A stretch of 64,000 nt of DNA, taken from positions 64,001 to 128,000 of IMG/VR virus record IMGVR_UViG_3300047160_020099, one strand, 5' to 3'. Below are positions 39,235 through 48,505 of this stretch, one piece after another; the stretch's first letter is position 1; the number at the start of each line of letters is the position of its first letter. Made by a program: the position numbers and the translations under genes. The notes under the pieces are model-generated. The model made no database searches. It was not told the DNA's origin and worked only from the letters and a program-made list of their open reading frames with translations. This DNA is from a virus.

Positions 39235-40302
39235 ATGGTTCGAAGACTGACGAAGAAACAACACCGCAAGAAGAAGCTCAAGGGCCGCGACGTACGTAAG
39301 CAAAGCAAGATTCCCGCCTGGCTACCCTTCCGGCAAGTTCCCAACGAAGAAATCATCAATCAGCAGCCTGAGCATATGCGAGAGCAGGCTGCCGCGTCGA
39401 TTGCCGGTGCTCAGATATATGTCAACAACCACTATTACGTGACCGCCCGTCAAGTCCCGACCGGGTTCGGACTCATGTTCTGCCTGGAGATCCGGCGACA
39501 CGATCAGGAGCCGATCCACGACTGGCGCGAGCTGCAAAAGGTCAAGAACATGCTCGTCGGCTCCGAGGCCGAGGGTGTGGAACTCTACCCAGCAGAGTCA
39601 CGGCTCGTGGACGCCTCCAACGTGACCTACATGTACTGCTTGCCGGCCAAGACTGGTTCCGACAACAAGCCGCTCACCGACGAGAACGGACTGTGGCAGT
39701 TCCAGCAGTTCCCGTTCGGCTTTGGCAAGCGATTGGTCAGCGAAACGCCGACCAACATCAAGCAGCGGCCGTGGCGCAAGGAAGACCGCCCGAACGATCT
39801 GGTTGTCTTGACGCCCGAGAAGATCAAGGCGGCTTTCGAGGAGTTCGTACGCAAGCGTGCCGAGGCGCAGCGTGCCCAGGAAGAGGCCCAGGGGCTTCAC
39901 CAGGGCGTCCAGGAGCTTCAGGACGCTGAGGAGCCTTCCAAGCTGCTGGACACGGTCCTGGGGGCCAGCAAGGCCCTCGTGGTCGAGAAGCGTGGACAGG
40001 CTTTTGTGGACAACATGTGCGGCCGGGTACTTGAGCTTGTCAATTACCGCAAAGGCTTGATGGCCAAGCAGCCACAGGCTCCCGGTGATGTCGAGGACGC
40101 GAACAACCTTGCCGGCGAGATCAACCGGATCATCAAGATGTTCGACGACGTCCAGAAGGAGGCAGAAAGTGCCGAACAACAAACTCCACTGGGTGACGGA
40201 CTCCCTGGAGGAAGTGGTGAGAGTGGAACAAGCATTATTGCGACTGAGACCCCTGCTGGAGAGCAGCTCGACCATCAAGGAGAACCGGGAAACCATCCTT
40301 GA
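39235..40302 (+). CDS. conserved phage hypothetical protein
   Basis: IRRHD..PIHDWRELQ.VKN.LVG.E.EGVELYPAESRLVD motif. Confidence 0.7.
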   Translation: MVRRLTKKQHRKKKLKGRDVRKQSKIPAWLPFRQVPNEEIINQQPEHMREQAAASIAGAQIYVNNHYYVTARQVPTGFGLMFCLEIRRHDQEPIHDWRELQKVKNMLVGSEAEGVELYPAESRLVDASNVTYMYCLPAKTGSDNKPLTDENGLWQFQQFPFGFGKRLVSETPTNIKQRPWRKEDRPNDLVVLTPEKIKAAFEEFVRKRAEAQRAQEEAQGLHQGVQELQDAEEPSKLLDTVLGASKALVVEKRGQAFVDNMCGRVLELVNYRKGLMAKQPQAPGDVEDANNLAGEINRIIKMFDDVQKEAESAEQQTPLGDGLPGGSGESGTSIIATETPAGEQLDHQGEPGNHP

Positions 40303-40391
40303 GTGCATCAGCTGCATCAAGAACAAGGTACAGAGTATTGACTGGCAGATGATTTCGCTTGCGATCGCTCTTGGATCTACTTGAGGAAGAC

Positions 40392-40802
40392 ATGTCTCGT
40401 TATGTGATCCACATCAATCAGGCCGTGCTCAAGCGTAACCTGAAAACAGGTGAGCGGGAGCCGGCCGTCACATTCAAGAAGAAATCGGGCGGCCGAGCTA
40501 CGACCGCTCATCAGGTTTCCATGCGTGACGCGACCGGGCGAGAGCTCGGTCGCGTCGTCTGTTCCATCGACAAGCCGCTGAAGTGCGGCGCCAGGGCCTG
40601 GGTCGAGACTGCGTTTCTTGATCTGTGGCCTCTCGGCTTGAACGGGGAGCTTGTCAGTATTCCTGTTCATGCAGAGAAACGAGCGGTATGCATACCAATT
40701 GGCGCTATATTGCCAAAACACGTCGCCATTGCCACAGAGTTGGTTAACACCCTCGGCACAGAGGCGACACTTGACCTGATTTGTACATTAGGAGGAAAGT
40801 GA
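40392..40802 (+). CDS. hypothetical protein
   Basis: GAGG RBS; IHINQ..N...PL.CGARAWVET motif common in phages. Confidence 0.7.
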   Translation: MSRYVIHINQAVLKRNLKTGEREPAVTFKKKSGGRATTAHQVSMRDATGRELGRVVCSIDKPLKCGARAWVETAFLDLWPLGLNGELVSIPVHAEKRAVCIPIGAILPKHVAIATELVNTLGTEATLDLICTLGGK

Positions 40803-41644
40803 TGGCCAAAGTCGGTTTCCTCTTCATCCGACGGGTTCGCTGCCGCGATGGCAAGATTCACAAGATCGGACTGACTACCAAAGGCCAGCTGGCTTTTTTC
40901 AACCACACAAAAGCTGAACTCAAGCGACTGTTGAACCTTGCGGCCGTCGGTGGCGAACTCTCGCGCTGCATCGGCATTTTGAAGAGTGTCCGCGGCGTTG
41001 AGTCCAAGGAGTGCTCACATCACATTGACTTCTCCAAGGAGAGTCTGACCAGGCAGTCCATGCGCAAGCAGCCCGCAAAGAGGCTTGCCTGGAAGATCCA
41101 CAACAAGCTCAGGGCCAGACGCGGCGAGGAGCTGATTCCGAAGCTGAACCTTGAGCTTGTTGCACCAGAAGAGCGGACGAAGGTGTTTATGCAAGCCGTT
41201 GCCACGGTGCTTGCTCGACGTGGCATTGAGACGGAGCTTACCTCACACAAGCGGGCCTATCCGACGAAACATTGTGCTGACCATACCTACCACATGCTCA
41301 GCATCTCTTGTGCTCCCAAGCTGCGTAAGCGGCTCATTCACAACAGGAGCTATCACTACGTCACGATGAAGTGGTTTGAGCTAATACCCATGCCTTCGGC
41401 CGATCGCCTGATCGTTGCCACATACTACGGCACCTGGCAACGCGGCGGCGTGAGGCTGCTGAACTGGAAGTATGGCGGACGGATCGTTCGTAGCAAGATG
41501 CTCGACGTTGACGTAAGAGCCATAGCCGACAATATCGAGCGGTGTCTCATCTACAACCTGCAGGTTCTGCCGAAGGTCAGAAAGATACTCGGGCCTCCGG
41601 AAGGTAAGAGCAGAAAACACGAAGCGAAGGAGATCAAGCTATGA
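40802..41644 (+). CDS. basic hypothetical protein (N-terminal domain shared with 38246-39232)
   Basis: AGGAGG RBS; C...IH...GQL.F.NH...L..VGGE..C. Confidence 0.7.
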   Translation: MAKVGFLFIRRVRCRDGKIHKIGLTTKGQLAFFNHTKAELKRLLNLAAVGGELSRCIGILKSVRGVESKECSHHIDFSKESLTRQSMRKQPAKRLAWKIHNKLRARRGEELIPKLNLELVAPEERTKVFMQAVATVLARRGIETELTSHKRAYPTKHCADHTYHMLSISCAPKLRKRLIHNRSYHYVTMKWFELIPMPSADRLIVATYYGTWQRGGVRLLNWKYGGRIVRSKMLDVDVRAIADNIERCLIYNLQVLPKVRKILGPPEGKSRKHEAKEIKL

Positions 41645-42177
41645 CGACAGTCAGGAGGGACACAAAGCTCTTTCCGCTAACCTCCAGCGATAGCACAGCC
41701 AAACTTGAAGAACTGGTTCTAGCCGAGCTGCATCGGCAGGGTTTCGTTGAAGGCCCCAAGAGCCTGCACAAAGGCTATACGCTCTACAAGACGATCTCTG
41801 GCATACCGGTGAATCTGCGGTTCAGAGTCTATACAGGCGGCTACGTCTACGAGCTTGTCGTGTCCTGGGGTCCGACCATCGGAGAAACCACCTATCGCTA
41901 CGCCAAGCCACAGGAAGAATTTGATGTCGGCCGAGTAGTGGCCAACCTGGTGAAGTATTTGAATACTCGCAAAGAGGAGTTGCAGGTCGTCGAATTTCAC
42001 ACTTTGCCGTTTGGAGCTTTCTTCAAGCATGGCGAGATAGAGTGCGTATATCTCAAAACAGAGACTGTCACACGCTCTGGCAATCGACTGAATGCAGTAG
42101 CGCTCGACATCGGGCTACATGTTGCGTTTGCGCCACACACCAAGGTGTACAGGATCGAATCACCGTTTGAGGATTAA
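41641..42177 (+). CDS. hypothetical protein
   Basis: AAGGAG RBS, ATGA overlap. Confidence 0.6.
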   Translation: MTTVRRDTKLFPLTSSDSTAKLEELVLAELHRQGFVEGPKSLHKGYTLYKTISGIPVNLRFRVYTGGYVYELVVSWGPTIGETTYRYAKPQEEFDVGRVVANLVKYLNTRKEELQVVEFHTLPFGAFFKHGEIECVYLKTETVTRSGNRLNAVALDIGLHVAFAPHTKVYRIESPFED

Positions 42178-42181
42178 CCCA

Positions 42182-42502
42182 ATGGCAGGCACCAGACTCA
42201 GGAAAGAGACGCTCCCCGAGAACCAGCCGTTCGACGCACAGGTGGTCATGAGGGAGCTGACTCGTGACTTCGAAGCTATCAGAGGCAAGTTGCGCGCCAG
42301 TCAGGACTTCGACGAGCGTGAACTTGAAGACATGCTCGACGACCTGATCAATTCGGCCTGCACCTTCAAGGCAGGTCTCAGGCGCCGTCGCAAGTTGCAG
42401 GACCAGATGATGCAGCACCGTCAGCAACGGTCAGCTGGCGGCACGAGTTTCAACGATATGATCAACGACTTCGTCAGTATCCACAGCAAGGAGGGAAAAT
42501 GA
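42182..42502 (+). CDS. hypothetical protein
   Basis: GAGG RBS. Confidence 0.6.
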   Translation: MAGTRLRKETLPENQPFDAQVVMRELTRDFEAIRGKLRASQDFDERELEDMLDDLINSACTFKAGLRRRRKLQDQMMQHRQQRSAGGTSFNDMINDFVSIHSKEGK

Positions 42503-42723
42503 TCGCAGCCTCGAACCCGTTCGCCTTGCCCCTCGGTATCTATTTCATGGTCTTCGTCTTTCTGTCACTGCTGGTCCTGGCCGTCAGGTCGCCAGCCTAT
42601 GGGCAGGAGAAGATCGGAGATATCCTGGCTGTCACCATCGTGATCATCATGGTGCTGATTGTCCATCTTGTGCTCGCAGCGATGTTCGACGCACCGGTCA
42701 CCTGGTGGTTGTATCGCGGGTGA
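42499..42723 (+). CDS. two-TM membrane protein
   Basis: GGAGG RBS; two hydrophobic helices. Confidence 0.6.
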   Translation: MIAASNPFALPLGIYFMVFVFLSLLVLAVRSPAYGQEKIGDILAVTIVIIMVLIVHLVLAAMFDAPVTWWLYRG

Positions 42724-42876
42724 TGTACGGTTGTACACCGGTATAACAAAGTAATACCGATCGCAACTGTAAGGTGGTCTTTGTCTTTCAGCCGGAACGA
42801 GTGCCCGGCATGCGGTCCGGTAAGGACTAAGCATGCCGGGCACGAAGTGCCGGATGCTCTTCTCCGTAAGGAGAAG

Positions 42877-43009
42877 TATGGGTTGAATGTCAACTTAGTG
42901 TACAGCCATGCTTCTTATATGGGTTGAATGTCGTCTTAATGTACCGACCATTTTTGGCTTTTCCGGACGACCTGCTTCATATATGGGTTGAAGGTCAACT
43001 TAATGTACC
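42877..43009. repeat. three ~27-bp direct repeats TATGGGTTGAA(T/G)GTC(AA/GT)CTTA(G/A)TGTAC, iteron-like
   Basis: Copies start at 42877, 42918 and 42982; internal GTTGA-N3-TCAAC dyad in copies 1 and 3. Confidence 0.85.
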
Positions 43010-43189
43010 ACCACGCGATGAAGGAGGATTCGTAAGTGTTAACCATAAGTCTTGATGATTCGGAAATCGACATCATTGTCCATGCCCTATGGGTCTTGCG
43101 AGAGATACGCCAAGGTCAGGACATAGACGAGATAGAGGCACTACGTATGAAGATGGCAGAACTACAGTCCGTACCAGAGGCTCAACCGA

Positions 43190-44014
43190 ATGCCAGCGAC
43201 ACTTGACTACACCTTTCAATTTGGCAGACTGCCGACGAATCGTCCTAATCACATTGCAAGGCTGGCTGTTTGCTATCCCTTGATACATCCCAAAAAGGGC
43301 GCGCCGGTCAACTGGGGCAAAGCTATGGCCACCATTCTCGCGATGTGGCGTAGACAAGCCTCGATTCTATGCAGCTTGGGGTGGCTGAGGGTCAAGCACC
43401 CGGTGCGCTTGAGGAATTGCCATCCCAGCATGTTCGTGCTGAAGGATGAACCGCCGAAGGTATATACCTGCTGGTTGGAGAATCTCTGTCCATGGTGCTA
43501 TGCCAGGCATACGAGCCGGGTAGTAAGACGAGTATTGCAAAACTACACTCCGGGCTCGGACATCTTCTACTACAGCCATGTGAACCGTATACCTATCGGC
43601 ATGTTAGACTTCGATCTGCGCCGCGAGCTATACGTACGCGCCGGTCAGCCAAGACTGCTCAAACCTGTAAATCGTTTCACCTGTGCTGGTAGCATGTGGA
43701 CGGTAACCCTGTCACCGGAGCAACACAAAGACAAGCTGTACTGGCAGCTCCATATGCGAATGCTTTGCATGGCCAAACCAGGGCGAGCTCCGATTTTGAT
43801 ACCACCGAGCTGGAAGTGTCAGATATTCAAGAACTCATCTGACGCCGATTTCAATGCAGCTCTGGCCAGGACATTTCGGTATCCTGTGGGTCTGTTGACC
43901 AGCCCAGCCCACTTGGTTATGAAGGCCATGGAAACGAGAAAGGGCCGTCGTTACAACGAAGTACTGGGCGCATTTCGTGCCGGAAAGAAGAAAGAAGATG
44001 AACCAGTTAGCTGA
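43190..44014 (+). CDS. degenerate HUH rolling-circle Rep_1-like protein
   Basis: RL.NC..C...LCPWC..R; WQLHMRML (HUH-like); FRY; KGRR...GAF. Confidence 0.5.
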   Translation: MPATLDYTFQFGRLPTNRPNHIARLAVCYPLIHPKKGAPVNWGKAMATILAMWRRQASILCSLGWLRVKHPVRLRNCHPSMFVLKDEPPKVYTCWLENLCPWCYARHTSRVVRRVLQNYTPGSDIFYYSHVNRIPIGMLDFDLRRELYVRAGQPRLLKPVNRFTCAGSMWTVTLSPEQHKDKLYWQLHMRMLCMAKPGRAPILIPPSWKCQIFKNSSDADFNAALARTFRYPVGLLTSPAHLVMKAMETRKGRRYNEVLGAFRAGKKKEDEPVS

Positions 44015-44222
44015 GGTCATGGACTTGCTCATCGAGCTGGAAGACGTAGGCGTATCGTCCGTCTTCACGGACGGACAGAGCATCTACCTGTTTCCAGCCT
44101 CGAAGCTGTCGATGCGATTGCAAGCTGACGTACGGTTCTACAAGCAGGACTTGCTCAAGGCAAACCTACCCCACTTGCCAAATCATACGGTCATGGTTAT
44201 CGGGGACGTGGTCAAAATCTGA
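43998..44222 (+). CDS. hypothetical protein
   Basis: Overlapping small ORF. Confidence 0.55.
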   Translation: MNQLAEVMDLLIELEDVGVSSVFTDGQSIYLFPASKLSMRLQADVRFYKQDLLKANLPHLPNHTVMVIGDVVKI

Positions 44223-44230
44223 GGAGACAC

Positions 44231-45001
44231 ATGTCGAACGCACTTGACGTCATGAAGAGGATGGCACCGCTGCTGAATGCCGCCGAAGATCATGACATCC
44301 AGATCCTGCTGCTGTCAGGCTTCCTGCAACAGCGACATCCAACGATCGATCCTGAACCATTCACGGACGCAATGTCCAACCTTCTCGCCGCTGGCGGCTT
44401 GCCGCCAGCCGTGGGCGTTGAGCTGCTCTGCTGTCTGGTTGACAGGACCAGCGACGAGGAGAACCTGGCCAAGTATCTGAAAGTCGTGGCCAGGGCCAAC
44501 GGCAAGAAAGCCGAAGAGAAGAAGGAAGAGCCGGCGCCGGTGGCTGCTGCGCCGCCCGAGCCTGTTCCCGAAGCGACAGAAGCTGAGAAGGAACCAGAGA
44601 AGCCCGCACCTGCTCCAACCAAGCGGCCAAGGACGGTGCTGGCAAAGCCAGCTCTGCCATACATCTTCCCGCTGAGCGTGCCAGCCCTGCACAAGATGGA
44701 AGGAATGCTCAAGCGAGCTGAGAAGGACAGAAAGCCGATTGAAGGCTTTGAGGTCGGCGAGGTGATTCAAAGCTACGTGCAGAGGTTGCCAGCACCTATC
44801 GAGACCGGCTCTTCCACACATCCAGTCACGGCAGTATACGTGAACCTGGTGAACAGCGAGGAAGGGCCCGTACTGGACGGCTGCCTCAAGGCTGGTCACC
44901 TGACCGTCGCCTCGGCACCGCCCGGCCGCGACCTTACCAAGCCGATGTTGCTCAAATACGGAGACGTCACTTTCAAGCTGGGCTTTGCCCCGGCGTCATA
45001 A
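44231..45001 (+). CDS. hypothetical protein with Pro/Glu/Ala linker
   Basis: GAGGAG RBS. Confidence 0.7.
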   Translation: MSNALDVMKRMAPLLNAAEDHDIQILLLSGFLQQRHPTIDPEPFTDAMSNLLAAGGLPPAVGVELLCCLVDRTSDEENLAKYLKVVARANGKKAEEKKEEPAPVAAAPPEPVPEATEAEKEPEKPAPAPTKRPRTVLAKPALPYIFPLSVPALHKMEGMLKRAEKDRKPIEGFEVGEVIQSYVQRLPAPIETGSSTHPVTAVYVNLVNSEEGPVLDGCLKAGHLTVASAPPGRDLTKPMLLKYGDVTFKLGFAPAS

Positions 45002-45016
45002 GACAGGAGGCCATGG

Positions 45017-45220
45017 ATGGCCCGTATCATCATACCGCCGCGTCCGCACGAACCAGGAAGGGTTCGTTGTCTCGGTGGTTGCGACAAGTTCTTCGACTCA
45101 CCAGACAGGTGCTGCGTACGCATCTGTCCGAAATGCAAGAAGAGACCTGGCCGGGACTACATGCCGACCAGGTTTTCTTCTGTCGTCGTGGGAGGTAAGA
45201 GAATCGCCATCGAGGAATAA
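45017..45220 (+). CDS. small Zn-ribbon protein
   Basis: C...C...F.S....RICPKCK. Confidence 0.55.
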   Translation: MARIIIPPRPHEPGRVRCLGGCDKFFDSPDRCCVRICPKCKKRPGRDYMPTRFSSVVVGGKRIAIEE

Positions 45221-45228
45221 GGCTCACA

Positions 45229-45807
45229 ATGATCGATCCTGACAATTTCACTCGTTACGACCGGTCTATTCCGGAGCTGGAAGAGATGATACTCTTCTGT
45301 GTTGCAGCCGCGGGACACAACGGCCATTCTTCGGCAGCCGCTGTGGATAGGTTGTTGAAGTCTCTCCGTGGCATGCACGGCAACATAAGGTCACCCTTCA
45401 AGTTGATCAGGCTGTGCAGCCAGTTGAAGCTGTTCATGAAGATGGACGGCATAGGCTGTTACAACGCCAAGAAGAAAACGTTCGAGAAGTTGGCTAACAG
45501 CTACCTCAACCTGCGGACCTGCACGGTCGATGATCTGGAGCGGATACCGGGAATAGGTCCTAAGACGAGCCGGCTGTTCCTGCTGCATTCCAGGCCTCAC
45601 CAATCACTGATCCCACTCGACAGACACATCCTACGCTACATGCGAGAACACGGCTACCCAGCACCATTATCGACGCCCAGTAGTAGAAATCAGTACAGCC
45701 GGTGGGAAATCGAGGCCTTGGACCTTGCTCGTAAGCAAGGAATGTCAGCAGCTGAGTTCGACCAGTGGGTGTGGAGACAGTATCGAGTGAAAGCCAAAGG
45801 AGCTTGA
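45229..45807 (+). CDS. HhH DNA glycosylase, 8-oxoguanine glycosylase-like
   Basis: LERIPGIGPKTSRLFL..LDRHILRYM (HhH with catalytic Lys and Asp); ..EFD.WVW. Confidence 0.75.
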   Translation: MIDPDNFTRYDRSIPELEEMILFCVAAAGHNGHSSAAAVDRLLKSLRGMHGNIRSPFKLIRLCSQLKLFMKMDGIGCYNAKKKTFEKLANSYLNLRTCTVDDLERIPGIGPKTSRLFLLHSRPHQSLIPLDRHILRYMREHGYPAPLSTPSSRNQYSRWEIEALDLARKQGMSAAEFDQWVWRQYRVKAKGA

Positions 45808-46122
45808 ATGTCACTGGACTTCTGCATTGGCGAAGAGGAATTGCGTAAGGCGCTCAAGCTGATTGAGGCTGCCAAGCGGGGTGGCTACAGCCACACATTG
45901 GCGGTTTTCGAGATCAGTCAAGCAGGCAAGAGGCTGGATGATTGTCTTGCCGTGTCTGATGGTTCTGTCGTGTTGAAGGCCCATCCGACCGACAGCCATC
46001 AGAACTGGGGTCGTGCTTGGGACCCAGAAGATCACATAGTGGTTGACGGCGTCTCTCGATACAGAGATGAGTTAGCACCGGAATTCGACAAAAGGCAGTT
46101 ACTGGGAGGCGATGACGGATGA
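45808..46122 (+). CDS. hypothetical protein
   Basis: AAGGAG RBS. Confidence 0.55.
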   Translation: MSLDFCIGEEELRKALKLIEAAKRGGYSHTLAVFEISQAGKRLDDCLAVSDGSVVLKAHPTDSHQNWGRAWDPEDHIVVDGVSRYRDELAPEFDKRQLLGGDDG

Positions 46123-46385
46123 GTGACGTGGAGATTTTGAAGACAGTTGGCGACATCGGTTTGCCACCAGAAGATACTCGTGAAGTTGGAGAATTTGGCA
46201 GGCGTCTCTTCTTGTGGAGACAGCACAGAGGCTTGACCCAGAAAGAGCTAGCTGCAAAGGCTGGCACGCATCCTTATGTGATAACTGCGGTAGAGAGTGG
46301 CGTTGCAAAAGGTGCGCAACTCAATACATTGCGTAAGCTCGCGCAAGCTCTTGGCATAACGATCAGCCAGCTGGTCGGTGCATAA
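46119..46385 (+). CDS. XRE-family helix-turn-helix regulator
   Basis: R..RGLTQKELA.KAG..I..VESG..TL.KLAQALGI. Confidence 0.85.
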   Translation: MSDVEILKTVGDIGLPPEDTREVGEFGRRLFLWRQHRGLTQKELAAKAGTHPYVITAVESGVAKGAQLNTLRKLAQALGITISQLVGA

Positions 46386-46401
46386 CACGTACGAGGTAAC
46401 A

Positions 46402-47046
46402 ATGACTCCTGTCATCTTTCTCGACATGGACGGCGTGGTGGTCGATTTCTTCTCACAGATGTGCAAAGCCCATCATCTGGATCCAGTGGAAGCTTTCACC
46501 CGATTGCAGCCCAAGGACTGGTGGTTTACCAGCGTTCTAGGGCCATTGACCGAGGGTGACTTCTGGGGCGCGATCAATACTTTCGGCGAGGAGTTCTGGT
46601 CGGAGGCCAACGCTTACCCGTACGCTCGACAGTTGTACGACGAGCTGTGCAAGCTGGCACCTGTATACTTCTGCAGTCACCCGAGTCTTCAGCCGAACTG
46701 CGCCTCGGGCAAGTTGAAGTGGCTGCAGAAGTTCCTGCCGCCTGCCAGGCACGACGACTACGTGTTCACGAAGCATAAGCGGTATCTGGCCAAGCAGAAC
46801 CACGTCCTCATCGACGACGCGGACTACAACTGCGAGCACTTCATGGACGCCGGTGGGGCAGCCATCATGTTCCCGCGGCGGTGGAACAAGCTCTACGAGA
46901 TCAGCGATCGCGGAGAGGCGGTCGATTACACCTTGCGGATGGCCAAGACGATCGTGTCCTTCATAAGCGGGATGGGCGATGACTCCGGACGAATTCGACA
47001 ACCTGATGCAGACCAACCCCTGTGCAGTTTGCGGGACCACACATGA
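46402..47046 (+). CDS. 5'(3')-deoxyribonucleotidase (HAD, NT5C-like)
   Basis: IFLDMDGVVVDF; GK.KWL; VLIDD. Confidence 0.85.
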   Translation: MTPVIFLDMDGVVVDFFSQMCKAHHLDPVEAFTRLQPKDWWFTSVLGPLTEGDFWGAINTFGEEFWSEANAYPYARQLYDELCKLAPVYFCSHPSLQPNCASGKLKWLQKFLPPARHDDYVFTKHKRYLAKQNHVLIDDADYNCEHFMDAGGAAIMFPRRWNKLYEISDRGEAVDYTLRMAKTIVSFISGMGDDSGRIRQPDADQPLCSLRDHT

Positions 47047-47305
47047 GCCTACCTTCGTTGAAGTCCCTGGGATGGACAGGCCTGTTGCTGTGTACCAGGG
47101 CGGCGTCCTTGTACAGAAAGTACCAGGTGCTAAGAACGGTGAGTGCGGCTGGGTACAGCTTACTCAGACAGTGTGCGGCACGTGCCTCGAAGCCCTCCAG
47201 GCCATCGCCGACTTCAAGAAGCAAGAAGAGGAGCAAGCCGACTTGCCTGACGAAGTCGTCGAGGACGTGATCGGTCGGCTCAAGGGCGCGCCGACAGTGC
47301 CGTAA
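46979..47305 (+). CDS. Zn-finger hypothetical protein
   Basis: CAVC..CGTC. Confidence 0.55.
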   Translation: MTPDEFDNLMQTNPCAVCGTTHEPTFVEVPGMDRPVAVYQGGVLVQKVPGAKNGECGWVQLTQTVCGTCLEALQAIADFKKQEEEQADLPDEVVEDVIGRLKGAPTVP

Positions 47306-47328
47306 TATTGCAATACTCGGGAGGGAAG

Positions 47329-48495
47329 ATGAGGAAGCCACTAGCCGTCGTGTCGAGCGACGACCATCTTGCTCCATGCGCCTGGAGCAGCCGGCCCGAG
47401 CTTGCCGGCGACAGCTATGCGTCATTTGACCAGAAGGTCGAATACTGCTCGGAAACACATCTGCCGTTGATCCTGGCTGGCGACGTGCTGGACCAGGCCT
47501 ATCCCGATCCGTACACGGTCGGCTACTTCATGGACCGGATCACCAGACTACGCTGGGAAAGCGTACAGGTCATCTACATTCAGGGTCAGCACGAGTTCAA
47601 CAAGAAGCGGCCGTGGCTGGATCTCGGTCCAGGCTTACATCACTTGCACAAGCAGTGGTTCTTCCTACCAGATGGTGCGTCCAAACCGCGTGTCAAGTTC
47701 TACGGTCTGGACTTCCAGCCGGCAGGCAAGCTGAAGGCCGAGCTGGCGCAGATACCAGCTGGCACTGAGGTACTTGTTGCCCATCAAGTCTGGGAAGAGC
47801 GGATGGGCAAGCTGGCCTCGCCAGAAGCTGCCTTCAAGGACGTGCCTACCGTGAAGTGCATCATCACCGGCGACTTTCACGGGCACGGCCAGCAGCACTT
47901 CAAGGGCGCAGATGACCAGGACATCCTCGTGGTCAGTCCAGGCAGCCAGTGTATGCAGGACCTGTCCGAGGACCCGGAAAAGTACTTCTTTGTGATGTAC
48001 GACGATCTGACTTTCGAGTCGATCAAGCTGAAGACCAGACACCGTTCCTTGTTCACGCTGCGAAACCCTGGCAGTTTCGAGGACGACCTGGCTGGCATTG
48101 TGGCCGACATCGAATACGACGATGGGCTACCTGAAGAACTGGTCAAGCCGATCTACATGGTGGAATACTCAGAGGCCATCCCCGACGCCAAGCCCAGGCT
48201 CAAGGCGGCACTGGCTGACAAGGTCCATCTCTTCGCCAGACCAATCATTGTGAAGAAGGTGAAGGAGAAGACAACGGTTACGCTCGGCCTGAGTCTGGCC
48301 GAGCGTATAGTCGCCAGGTACAGCAAGACGGATGTGGCCGTCTTCAATACAGCCAAGCGCTTGCTGGAGGCCAGGGACGTGAAGGCCGAGATCAACAACA
48401 TAGGTGCTGAGTTTCTGGAGCTTCCGTTGGTGAAGACGACACCTTTCGTGTCGCCACCTGAAGAACCAGATGACGGAGGCCTGGGCGTGGGTTAA
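47329..48495 (+). CDS. sbcD: Mre11/SbcD-like nuclease
   Basis: SDDH, AGDVLD, GQHE, AHQ, GDFH, SPGS; upstream of SbcC. Confidence 0.85.
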   Translation: MRKPLAVVSSDDHLAPCAWSSRPELAGDSYASFDQKVEYCSETHLPLILAGDVLDQAYPDPYTVGYFMDRITRLRWESVQVIYIQGQHEFNKKRPWLDLGPGLHHLHKQWFFLPDGASKPRVKFYGLDFQPAGKLKAELAQIPAGTEVLVAHQVWEERMGKLASPEAAFKDVPTVKCIITGDFHGHGQQHFKGADDQDILVVSPGSQCMQDLSEDPEKYFFVMYDDLTFESIKLKTRHRSLFTLRNPGSFEDDLAGIVADIEYDDGLPEELVKPIYMVEYSEAIPDAKPRLKAALADKVHLFARPIIVKKVKEKTTVTLGLSLAERIVARYSKTDVAVFNTAKRLLEARDVKAEINNIGAEFLELPLVKTTPFVSPPEEPDDGGLGVG

Positions 48496-48505
48496 GGAGG
48501 TTTCT

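Noticed and set aside
42877-43009. Mini CRISPR array
   Set aside because: Only three imperfect repeats, very unequal gaps (about 14 and 37 nt) that share sequence, and no cas genes; an iteron or operator fits better.
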